A stretch of DNA of 64,000 bases from an uncultured Nitrososphaerota archaeon (GTDB lineage: Archaea; Asgardarchaeota; Njordarchaeia; Njordarchaeales; Njordarchaeaceae). The notes beneath the pieces were generated by a model. The model worked only from the letters and a program-made list of their open reading frames with translations, was not told the origin of the DNA and did not search any database. The translations under genes were made by a program, and so were the position numbers. The stretch lies in the NCBI GenBank assembly GCA_964518475.1, contig CAZFGR010000001.1:192001-256000 (forward strand), in the 5' to 3' direction. Positions 10,377 to 18,981 of the stretch are shown here, in pieces (within the stretch, counting starts at the first letter, position 1; each line of letters starts with the position of its first letter).

Positions 10377-11579
10377 ATGAGTATACTATCTCCTTTAACC
10401 GAAAGACTTCGCAAAGAAAGAAAGATTCTCTTTGCATTCGTAATTTTAATAAAGGCAATTCTCTTTTTCGGTGGTTTATATCTGGTTTATTTATTTCTTA
10501 ACGTGTTAAATATTGGTTTTGAGCCATTGCTTTTTTTGCTTCAATTCTTTCAGACATTGAAAATGTATCTAATTCTTATCTTGCTATACTTAATTACGTT
10601 CGTGGTATACCTTCTCTCACCTAATGCTGACTTTACAAAATTATTCTTTAGCACTCTACTGGCTTACTTCATAACAATTTTTAATACCCAGCCATCAACG
10701 GACTTACTCACTAATCCAGCTCTTCTACTTGAGTTTATATTGCAGCATTACTTAGAAATGTTAGAAGCAACAGTACTCATACTTATCATACTTGCCACTC
10801 TCACGATAATAGGATTCTCAAGAACATTAAGATATGAAAAGCTACTCAATGCTTGCTTATTAGTGCTTTTTGCATACATTTTAGGAGTTATGTTCACTCC
10901 AACTCTTTCGTTAGAGGAATTCCCTTACACCTCTATTCAATCTGTATTCTCCTTAGAAGGAATAACAACTTTACTAAGTCTAAGAGAAATAATCTTTATC
11001 CTTTACTTCTTCATCTATGTAGAACTATCTGCCCATTTAGCCTACGCTGCTCAACAATTGAACGCTATTGCCGAAAAACATAAGAGAATCTCTAGGCAAT
11101 TAACGCGCATACAAAAGGAATCTAGTAAGGGAGCGAAAATAGAGATATCTCTTCCTCAAAATTTCACCGAAATCCTAAGCCCCTTAGCTACTACGATACT
11201 ACGGGATGCTTATGAAGGATACGCCTTTCTAGGCGAGGGTACATCGCTGTATGTTACCTCAAAAGTAATTGGATACATAGAGGAGATGTCAAAGAAACGA
11301 CCAGAGATCATTCCTCAAATAACGGGTCGAAAACTAGTATCCTCTACTTTACGCTTCCTTGGATACGTTCTTCTACCATCCCTTATTCTAAGAATATTCT
11401 TCGGAATATTTGTGATTATCAGCAGCTTCCTCGTAGCGGCTCAAATTATAGCGCGTCTTGCTAGCGGATATATCTTTGAAAGTACACTTATTCAATCATT
11501 TGTGTATGCGACCCTAGCTGTGATGTCTCTAGCTTATATAATCTCCACATTACCATCTGTCATTAGTAAAAGGAAGTAA
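10377..11579 (+). CDS. multi-pass membrane protein of unknown function
   Basis: Several hydrophobic segments; end of MoxR operon. Confidence 0.7.
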   Translation: MSILSPLTERLRKERKILFAFVILIKAILFFGGLYLVYLFLNVLNIGFEPLLFLLQFFQTLKMYLILILLYLITFVVYLLSPNADFTKLFFSTLLAYFITIFNTQPSTDLLTNPALLLEFILQHYLEMLEATVLILIILATLTIIGFSRTLRYEKLLNACLLVLFAYILGVMFTPTLSLEEFPYTSIQSVFSLEGITTLLSLREIIFILYFFIYVELSAHLAYAAQQLNAIAEKHKRISRQLTRIQKESSKGAKIEISLPQNFTEILSPLATTILRDAYEGYAFLGEGTSLYVTSKVIGYIEEMSKKRPEIIPQITGRKLVSSTLRFLGYVLLPSLILRIFFGIFVIISSFLVAAQIIARLASGYIFESTLIQSFVYATLAVMSLAYIISTLPSVISKRK

Positions 11580-11684
11580 TTCAGGCACCGAGTGGAGCCG
11601 TTGATTACTACATTATTCGGAAATTTTTTATGATGATATCGACCGATGTTTCCATAAGCTAGGTGCTCTTAAATTGGTGAAGAA

Positions 11685-12602
11685 GTGATGTTAGATGTTA
11701 CAGCAATAGGTAATCCCGTATATGACATAATAATAACACCATATATAAGGACTAATGGACGTGTACTATCTGGCTGTAGCACGAACTCCGCCTTAGCTAT
11801 CGGAAAACTTAGTGGTAAAGCGAGCATCGTAGGTAGAATAGGCAATGATTATTTGCCTGATTTTACACACGTTGCAGCAAGATATAACGTAAAGGTATAT
11901 CCGATTATTTCAGAAGAGACTGGCGGTTTCTATCTGAGATACTTTGATGAGACAATGAATGATAGGGAGTTAAGAATCTTAGGAATCGCCGGAAAAATAT
12001 ATTTCAAAGACGTACCACCCGAAGCATTAAACGCTAGAGCTATAATCCTTGGCCCAATCCTAAAAGAAATAGACCTGGAGTTTGTTAAAGAGCTAACTAG
12101 GGAGACTGACGTTCCCATCCTCGTGGATCCTCAGGGATTAATAAGAGAAATTAGAGAGAACAGAATTGTCAGAATAGCCAATGATGATGTGTATGAAATA
12201 ATTAAATTAACTCATATAACAAAACCAAACGAGCACGAAGCAGAAGTACTATTTCCCAATATGGAGCCGGCGAAAATAGCTAAGAAGATTTATCTGTTAA
12301 ATAAATTCGCTGGAATCGTCACTTTAGCGGAGAAAGGATCAATTATAGCTTTCGACAAGGGAGTGTATCATATACCTGCGTATAGAACTATTGAAAGAGA
12401 CCCAACGGGTTGCGGAGACGTATACGCGGGTGCTTTCATGTACTATTATCTCAAAAACGAAGATCTTTTAGAAGCAGGCGTTTTTGCATCAGCAGCAGCA
12501 TCTTTTATGGTAGAAACTACGGGGCCTCATTTTAGATTGGAATTAGGAGAAGTTATTAAACGTTTTGAAGTGCTAATCGAGAAAGTCAGGAGGATAGAGT
12601 GA
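11685..12602 (+). CDS. PfkB/ribokinase family carbohydrate kinase (possible inositol kinase)
   Basis: VDPQG, KPNEHE, DPTGCGDVYAGAF motifs. Confidence 0.88.
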   Translation: MMLDVTAIGNPVYDIIITPYIRTNGRVLSGCSTNSALAIGKLSGKASIVGRIGNDYLPDFTHVAARYNVKVYPIISEETGGFYLRYFDETMNDRELRILGIAGKIYFKDVPPEALNARAIILGPILKEIDLEFVKELTRETDVPILVDPQGLIREIRENRIVRIANDDVYEIIKLTHITKPNEHEAEVLFPNMEPAKIAKKIYLLNKFAGIVTLAEKGSIIAFDKGVYHIPAYRTIERDPTGCGDVYAGAFMYYYLKNEDLLEAGVFASAAASFMVETTGPHFRLELGEVIKRFEVLIEKVRRIE

Positions 12603-13198
12603 TGACTCGATTACGGGAATGGTATGAGAGAACTACTCTCCCTCTTGGACGAGCACTAGCGAAACTTCATATTACTCCGAATCAGATTACAATCTTATCA
12701 ATTCTAGTTGGTCTATTTCCTCTCTATTTCTTATGGCAGAGAAGAATCCTTCTCGGTCTCGCGACTCTATTACTTGCAGTTTTTATGGATATTCTAGATG
12801 GATCCTTAGCAAGAGCAACAGGAAAAGTGAGCGAATTTGGACAAATACTTGACCACTTCGCCGATAGAACGGTTGAGTTTGAGATAGTCCTTGGTTTAAT
12901 CCTTGGAGGCTATGTAACTGGATGGTTGGGAACACTAATGTATTTTACTATGATAATGCCCAGCTACATAAGAGCAAGAGGAGAAGCGGTATCGGGTATA
13001 TCAGCACAGGGTGTTGGATTATTCGAGAGAAAAGAGAAAATTTCTTCCATAGTCTTTGGTCTAATTCTGGAAAAATACTTACCAGGCACTTTCTACTACG
13101 TAGCTCTGGTCATCTCTGTATTATCCTTCATTACATCAATTCAGAGATTAATGTATTTCAGACGGAACTTAAGAGAGAAAAAAACTTGTTCCCAATGA
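12599..13198 (+). CDS. CDP-alcohol phosphatidyltransferase (archaetidylinositol-phosphate synthase-like)
   Basis: TPNQIT and DILDGSLARATGKVSEFGQILDHFADR signature. Confidence 0.9.
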   Translation: MMTRLREWYERTTLPLGRALAKLHITPNQITILSILVGLFPLYFLWQRRILLGLATLLLAVFMDILDGSLARATGKVSEFGQILDHFADRTVEFEIVLGLILGGYVTGWLGTLMYFTMIMPSYIRARGEAVSGISAQGVGLFERKEKISSIVFGLILEKYLPGTFYYVALVISVLSFITSIQRLMYFRRNLREKKTCSQ

Positions 13199-13386
13199 TG
13201 TTAACTATTATCACTTTTCCTATAAAATCTGAGATGTGTCTTAAGATAGAAAACTAAAGGTTTTTTATGAGATGTCTGCTTAATATGCCTGACGAAAAAC
13301 TGTAAATAATTAAAAAATAATAAAAAATGAGAACAGAAACTTATCATCCAATTCGTTAATATACTAATGCAGCGACTGCAAAACTC

Positions 13387-14177
13387 TTACTTCTTTCTGC
13401 GTCCCGTTCTCCTAGGAGCAATAGCTCCAACTTTTCTGCCAGGTGGTGCATGTCGCGAGACACTCTTGGGCTTGCCAGGGCTCTGATCTCGCCCGCCTCC
13501 AAAGGGGTGGTCACAGGCACTGATGGGACGGGAGCCCCCACGAGTGTGTAGTGGGACTCCCGTCCTTTCATCGCCACTCCTCTGGTTCTTGGCCATTTGT
13601 GTGCTTTTACTCTCCATTTGTGGTAGGCGTTGCCTGCTTTTACTAGTGGTAGTTCGTCTTTTCCTGTTCCGGCTACTATTCCTATTTGTGCTCTGCTGTT
13701 CCAGTTTATCCTTATTATTCTTTTTCCGGGGAGTTCTAGTTCTGTTTGTTCTAGGTGCGCGTGGTGGGCTCTTATTATTGCGTATGTTCCTGCTGCTCTT
13801 GCTATTTTTCCTCCATCGCCTGGTCTTATCTCTATGTTATATACGGGTGTTCCTTCTGGAATCTTTCTTAGTGGTAGCGCGTTCCCTATATCGATTTCCG
13901 CATTCTCTCCGATTTGAATCTCCTTCCCCGTGTATAATCCTTCTGGAGCTATTAGCCAGATTTTTTCTATCACTCCATTGGCTCTTACAAACTTCACTAA
14001 TGCTAGTGGGGCATACCTTCCGGGTTCCTTATACAATTTAAGCACTGTGCCTCTGGCAACATCTTTCATAGCTTCTGGCCAGTCTGGGATTTTTACATCC
14101 GCTACTCTTATTCCTGGAGGAGCTCTGTATACTGATGTTCCTCTCCCTACCCTTTGAGCTCTTATGCGCTTACCCAT
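13387..14177 (-). CDS. rpl2: 50S ribosomal protein uL2, interrupted by a 47-nt BHB intron; exons 14177-13567 and 13519-13387, 247 aa after splicing
   Basis: N-terminal part [13 protein letters not shown]...[10 protein letters not shown] and C-terminal part DHPFGGG...PPGRKVG lie in different frames; splicing at the predicted BHB sites joins them as [15 protein letters not shown]. Confidence 0.93.
13520..13566 (-). other. archaeal-type BHB mRNA intron in rpl2
   Basis: Minus strand GGC-GATG-AA|A-GGACGGGAGTCCCAC-TACACACTC-GTGGGGGCTCCCGTCC-CATC-AG|T-GCC forms a strict hBHBh' motif. Confidence 0.9.
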
Positions 14178-14440
14178 TACTATCACCTTTGTACTATTGC
14201 TTAGATTCAATAAAGGCTAGTGAATATAAATTGTATAGTTTGTGATTCCATTCCAAAGGTTTTACTGGATTACCATTCTCACCAATTATTTGCACACAGC
14301 ACTTTTGTTTCCGAATAGTTCCAACTTATTGCTTTCCTAAAATACTTTCTGATCATTATGATTAAAAGCACAGAGAAGCTTCTAGTCTTGGTAAGGAAAA
14401 ATATTTTAATACTCTCCTACTGTTACCTCTAAAGTTATGT

Positions 14441-14470
14441 GCTGAGCCGGGAATAGAGCCCGGTCTCGGC
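14441..14470 (+). promoter_or_regulatory. GC-rich leader hairpin just upstream of the rps6e ribosome-binding site
   Basis: GCTGAG-CCGGG/CCCGG-T-CTCGGC followed directly by GGTGGTGA and ATG. Confidence 0.4.
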
Positions 14471-14483
14471 TGGTGGTGATACC

Positions 14484-15401
14484 ATGTCCTCGCGCAAGAC
14501 TCATCCTCTTCAGTTAGTAATTAATGATAGTTCAACATTTTTGGGCACTGGTATTTCGGTTAAGTTTGAGATAGAGGACGAAAATGTAAAGACCTTTTTC
14601 TATAGTAAGCGAGTTGGCGACATTATAGAAGGGGATTCGATAGGCTTTCCAGGATACAAGTTTCAGATTCGCGGTGGAAGCGATATCGCTGGTTTTCCTC
14701 ACCTAAAAGGGATTCCCGGTACTGGTCTTAAACAGGTTCTTAAAAGTGGCCCCCCGGGTTATAGACCGAGGAAATATAAGGTCGAGAAGAAGACGGGAGG
14801 TTATAAAATCATTAACCTTAAAGGTGTTAAAAAGAAGAAGACTGTTCGCGGAGAGGAGCTTTCAGAATGGACAAGACAAGTAAATATGGTCATTCTAGAG
14901 AGAGGTGGGAGAGCCGTCCATGAGTTAAATGAGAACGAAATGCTTAATGATCACATACTAGATCAATTATGTTTCAGATTAGGAAAAACTGTGCTCAAAT
15001 GGGGTTTAGAAGGCGTTGTAATCATAAGTGATGGCTCAGAGGAAACCTTAGAAAAGGTCCTTGAGAACTATAACATAAGGCAGGACAGTGATTTTTTCAT
15101 TAAACTCGCTAAAAAATTAGGCGTTAGATTAGTAAAACTTGGCAAAGAAAATTTGAAACGCGTGTTTGAGCCACTTAGAAAAGTTAGTAGAAAGCACCCT
15201 CACCCATTGGGTCGCTATATTGCTTGGACTTTATATAACTTCTACAATGCTTTGAAGGAAAATAAGATCGACCTCTCAAAAGAAGATGAAGTCACAGAAG
15301 ATCTAGTTAATAAGATCATGCAAGGCGTTAACGATTGGCTTTCGGGTAAAATGAAAAGAGGCCCCAAATTTAGTTTTAGGATAGTAGAGACTCCTCAGTA
15401 G
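14484..15401 (+). CDS. rps6e: 30S ribosomal protein eS6 with a long C-terminal extension
   Basis: GYKFQIRGGSDIAGFP and KKKTVRG...QVNMVI motifs, followed by about 165 extra aa. Confidence 0.88.
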   Translation: MSSRKTHPLQLVINDSSTFLGTGISVKFEIEDENVKTFFYSKRVGDIIEGDSIGFPGYKFQIRGGSDIAGFPHLKGIPGTGLKQVLKSGPPGYRPRKYKVEKKTGGYKIINLKGVKKKKTVRGEELSEWTRQVNMVILERGGRAVHELNENEMLNDHILDQLCFRLGKTVLKWGLEGVVIISDGSEETLEKVLENYNIRQDSDFFIKLAKKLGVRLVKLGKENLKRVFEPLRKVSRKHPHPLGRYIAWTLYNFYNALKENKIDLSKEDEVTEDLVNKIMQGVNDWLSGKMKRGPKFSFRIVETPQ

Positions 15402-15693
15402 ACTCGCCTAAAATGTCCGATATGGGATAAATCGTTATTCTCAATTTATATCTCTCAGCGACTTCTTCTAACTTTTTTCTTAGGCGTAAATATAGAGTTT
15501 CGGGCTCTCTAGAAGCTGTAACTAGCAATGATATATTTGCAATCTTCTTTCCTGGCCCTATGAAAATTGTATGCCCTCTTATATCTTCTATATTCCCATT
15601 AAGTTCGCTTATTATGGAAGATATCTCAGCAAGTAATCCTGGTCGATCTCTTCCTATTATAGTAATTATCACGCTACTATTCATTTTGATCAC
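15376..15693 (-). CDS. ACT domain protein
   Basis: ITIIGRDRPGLLAEISSIISELNGNIEDI signature. Confidence 0.85.
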   Translation of the reverse strand: MIKMNSSVIITIIGRDRPGLLAEISSIISELNGNIEDIRGHTIFIGPGKKIANISLLVTASREPETLYLRLRKKLEEVAERYKLRITIYPISDILGESTEESLLS

Positions 15694-15705
15694 TCAATAA
15701 ATTAC

Positions 15706-16005
15706 TCAGATATTTTCTTCATATTTTAACCATTGTATTGGAATATTCTGGTACCTCCCATCTGGTAGCCATCTTTGAACGGTTATAGGTAATAATCCAA
15801 GCCTAAGTTCTAGCTTTGCTATGTCGACTTCATTCATTCGACTTATATCAACATTTGATAAGGGTACTAGAATAGGAGCTCCAAAGGCTATTTGCGTTGC
15901 GCGTGCACCTATTATTCTGGCTATCTCATAGATTGTTAACCTTGGCGGCCCTATCTCTACTTTATTGGACTTTATCTCTATCGGTTTTTTCGAATTAAAA
16001 CTCAT
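15706..16005 (-). CDS. rpoK: RNA polymerase subunit Rpo6 (K)
   Basis: LTIYEIARIIGARATQIAFGAP motif. Confidence 0.93.
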   Translation of the reverse strand: MSFNSKKPIEIKSNKVEIGPPRLTIYEIARIIGARATQIAFGAPILVPLSNVDISRMNEVDIAKLELRLGLLPITVQRWLPDGRYQNIPIQWLKYEENI

Positions 16006-16155
16006 TCCATAAGCCCTCCTCCGAAGAATAACTCCCTAGAAAAGAGCCTTTTCTATACTAACTCTGTGCTATTTAAAAATTATCTCTTAATCAGTGCTAT
16101 ATCGATCTATTAGCAAAATGATTTTAATGGTTATAATAAATCTACTTGTTTAAGC

Positions 16156-17994
16156 TTATTGAATTTGATAGCAATTTCCTTTTTCGCACTTTAATACGTT
16201 AATCTCGTAAGTGTTTAAATCGATAACTGGAACTATACCAGGAGTTGGTTTTATGCCTAATTGTCTCTGCCAAATTGTTAGACCCTGAAAAGATCCACTA
16301 CTCAAGAGAACTACCCCTCCCCTGGAAATTCTTATATCAGCTATGTGGAGATGCCCGATTGCTAAGATGTCAGGAACATCATCTATAACGAGATAATCCT
16401 CTTTCGTTGGTATAATCGGAATTTTTCCCCATATAGGCATGAGATGTCTATTTCTAAGCAATTCTACTAAAATTCGCGTTGGCTCCTGAATCGATAATTC
16501 AAGATCAGCTGCTATATGCTCTATACCATAACCATGATAAAGAAGGATCTTAACTCCGTTTATTCGTATCCACGCAGGATTTCCAAGAATCTTCACATTA
16601 GGTAAGCTATAGAGACCTTCTGCTATCTTCTCCGATATTGGTGGTTGTGGGACAAATTTTCCCGCCGCATCATGATTTCCAGGAATTATCACTATCGTTT
16701 TATCCTTTGGAATAAGCTCTAGAAACTTGCTAGCTTCCTCATATTGCTTATATATATCAACTATTTCAAGCTCACTTTTTTGTTCTGGGTAAACTCCTAT
16801 TCCATCGACTAGATCTCCATTGATAATCACGTATTTTACATCTTTAGCTAATCTTTTTAATTCATCGTCTTCTACACGCTGGTTTAGGAAATTTATAAAG
16901 CTGAGAAATTCCTCTCGTAGAAATTTTGCGCTTCCTACGTGTATGTCAGATATGAATGCCACTTTAGTCGGAAATGGCGCTCTATTGCGTTCCCTTAAAA
17001 TAGGAGTTTCTGGGAATATTATGTCTTCAGCGATTAAGTATTTCCTGTTGTCTCTAGTTTTACCTTCTATAGCTATAACAGTGTCCAGTAAAACATAATT
17101 GAATTTTGTTCTTAATTCATTCTCTAAGGGGACTATTACCTTAATTTCTTTTTCTGGCGTATCGCCAATAATTATCCCAATGTTTTTCTTTCTATCATAT
17201 CTTTTTTCTTTAACAAGTATTATCACGTAAGTGCTTCTTCTAGTCTTTTCAATTCCATTTAATTTATAATTTCTTTGTACTCCATAATTTCGTTTGAGAA
17301 GAATCTCTTTTATCTTATGATAGCGATCCTCAAAATATTGTCTAAAAATTTCGGCTGAGTCTTCGACTACTATTTTTTCTGGCACTTTAATAACTTCAAT
17401 CTGAAGCACCGTTCTTTCCTTTTCACTTATGTCAGCTTGTATTTTTTTCTCTAATTTTTGATGCAATTTCTCACTGAAATTATCCTCTTTTTCTTCCCTA
17501 ATTGATATTTCTAGTTGCTGTTTTCTTTCTTTCACTTCTGATTTTCTATGTTTCTTCTCCTCAGGAACTTCTTTAATATCCTTATCTTCTAATAGGTATT
17601 CTTCAATACTTTTCTTGATAAGACTCTCTAATTGTGGTTTCTTCTTATTGCTAGTAACTACTTTTTGTATAACTTTTCGCCCTTGCTTCTTCGGTAGGTT
17701 ATTCTCTCTAGCATATGGTTTACTAGCTTTACTTTGCTTTTCAGAGATCCTCGAAAATCTTTCTAGTATCAGTTTAAGAATTTCAATAGTAATTGTATTA
17801 CTTTCAACTTGCACTGTGCTATCTCTTAGACTTTTTAGAAAATCTTCCCAAGATTCTTCATCTAATAGTTCCTTTCTTAATAGAAGTAGAATAAATAAGG
17901 CATCGGGCGCCACTCGTTTTCTTGTAACTCTAATAATATCCCTGAGAAGCTCTTCTGTCTCTTTTAGGGCCAATCTATACGCCGCTAGGGACAT
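16156..17994 (-). CDS. DNA polymerase D small (proofreading) subunit DP1
   Basis: SDIHVGS, GDLVDGIGVYP, PGNHDA, YHG and GHLH phosphoesterase motifs. Confidence 0.93.
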   Translation of the reverse strand: MSLAAYRLALKETEELLRDIIRVTRKRVAPDALFILLLLRKELLDEESWEDFLKSLRDSTVQVESNTITIEILKLILERFSRISEKQSKASKPYARENNLPKKQGRKVIQKVVTSNKKKPQLESLIKKSIEEYLLEDKDIKEVPEEKKHRKSEVKERKQQLEISIREEKEDNFSEKLHQKLEKKIQADISEKERTVLQIEVIKVPEKIVVEDSAEIFRQYFEDRYHKIKEILLKRNYGVQRNYKLNGIEKTRRSTYVIILVKEKRYDRKKNIGIIIGDTPEKEIKVIVPLENELRTKFNYVLLDTVIAIEGKTRDNRKYLIAEDIIFPETPILRERNRAPFPTKVAFISDIHVGSAKFLREEFLSFINFLNQRVEDDELKRLAKDVKYVIINGDLVDGIGVYPEQKSELEIVDIYKQYEEASKFLELIPKDKTIVIIPGNHDAAGKFVPQPPISEKIAEGLYSLPNVKILGNPAWIRINGVKILLYHGYGIEHIAADLELSIQEPTRILVELLRNRHLMPIWGKIPIIPTKEDYLVIDDVPDILAIGHLHIADIRISRGGVVLLSSGSFQGLTIWQRQLGIKPTPGIVPVIDLNTYEINVLKCEKGNCYQIQ

Positions 17995-18185
17995 ACTGAC
18001 ACCTACGAAGTTTCCTTCTTGGCTTATTATTTAAACATCTGAATTTCTCCAATAACATACTCTTACCAAAAAATCTTAGTTCTAAGTACTTTTTTACCCT
18101 TAATTCTGGACATTTACGTTTATTACCACTTATATCTTTTCTTTTTCAGATACTAATATGAAAGTTAAAATTTTGGTGATTCAGT

Positions 18186-18935
18186 TTGTCCTTAGCCCCA
18201 AGAGAGAAAAAACTTTACTTCTTTGACAGCGATTCATTAATTGTTATTAATAATCTAAGCATCAGTAAGTTGACAATTTTTAGAATGAGAACCTTCTTGC
18301 TTGATCTACTTAGGGAACTTGGAGAGGATGTCCATGCATTATATACGCTTATACAAGAGACAATTTCTATCGCATTGAGATTATTACCTCTGAAGAAGAA
18401 GTACTCTTCGACATTATATGAATTATCCTTAGCAACTCTATGGTTAGTATTACGCGAACGAGGAATTAATAAATATACGTTATACCGATTGGTAGAGACC
18501 GCAAAAAAGAAAATGAAAAAAAGGATTCTCATGAAACGCCTCTTATTAATTTTATCCGATATTAGGTACATTTTTCGTGAACTAGATGCAAAAGATGAGA
18601 TAAAGAAAGTCGTTATGAAAACGCTTCCTAAGTTATTCAAGCATCCATCTATGATGCAAAGAACAGTAAAAATCCTCGGAGAAAAAGCCCCAGCATACAT
18701 TCGGCTACTCAGACTTAGCATCTTTCGAATACTAAATAGCTTAAACGTTCAGGATGTCTCTGGTAAATCAAGAACCGTTCTATCAGCAATATGCATTTAT
18801 GCAGCTGATAAAGTAGCTTGCAAAGAACTTAATATAAGACCATTAATCTCAGCAAAAATGCTTGAAGATCTTTTAGGAATTAGTCAATTCACAGTCTTAC
18901 GACATTACAAAAAATATCTTTGCAAGTTGCGTTAG
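18186..18935 (+). CDS. TFIIB/cyclin-fold protein lacking a Zn ribbon
   Basis: C-terminal SGKSRTVLSAICIYAA...LEDLLGISQFTVLRHYK resembles a TFB cyclin repeat with HTH. Confidence 0.6.
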   Translation: MSLAPREKKLYFFDSDSLIVINNLSISKLTIFRMRTFLLDLLRELGEDVHALYTLIQETISIALRLLPLKKKYSSTLYELSLATLWLVLRERGINKYTLYRLVETAKKKMKKRILMKRLLLILSDIRYIFRELDAKDEIKKVVMKTLPKLFKHPSMMQRTVKILGEKAPAYIRLLRLSIFRILNSLNVQDVSGKSRTVLSAICIYAADKVACKELNIRPLISAKMLEDLLGISQFTVLRHYKKYLCKLR

Positions 18936-18981
18936 ATTATGGTTATTTCGGGTTATTCGAAGGATATTCTCCTTATTATTT

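Noticed and set aside
13523-14157. Leu-rich plus-strand ORFs, and the many other short antisense ORFs in the track
   Set aside because: Shadows of purine-rich genes on the opposite strand.
13356-14210. rpl2 as a pseudogene or sequencing-error frameshift
   Set aside because: The defect is a 47-nt structured insert whose predicted BHB cut sites restore both the frame and the conserved Asn codon; a random indel would not do this.
17995-18185. Possible replication origin beside DP1
   Set aside because: AT-rich, but no repeated ORB-like boxes and no cdc6/orc1 gene nearby.
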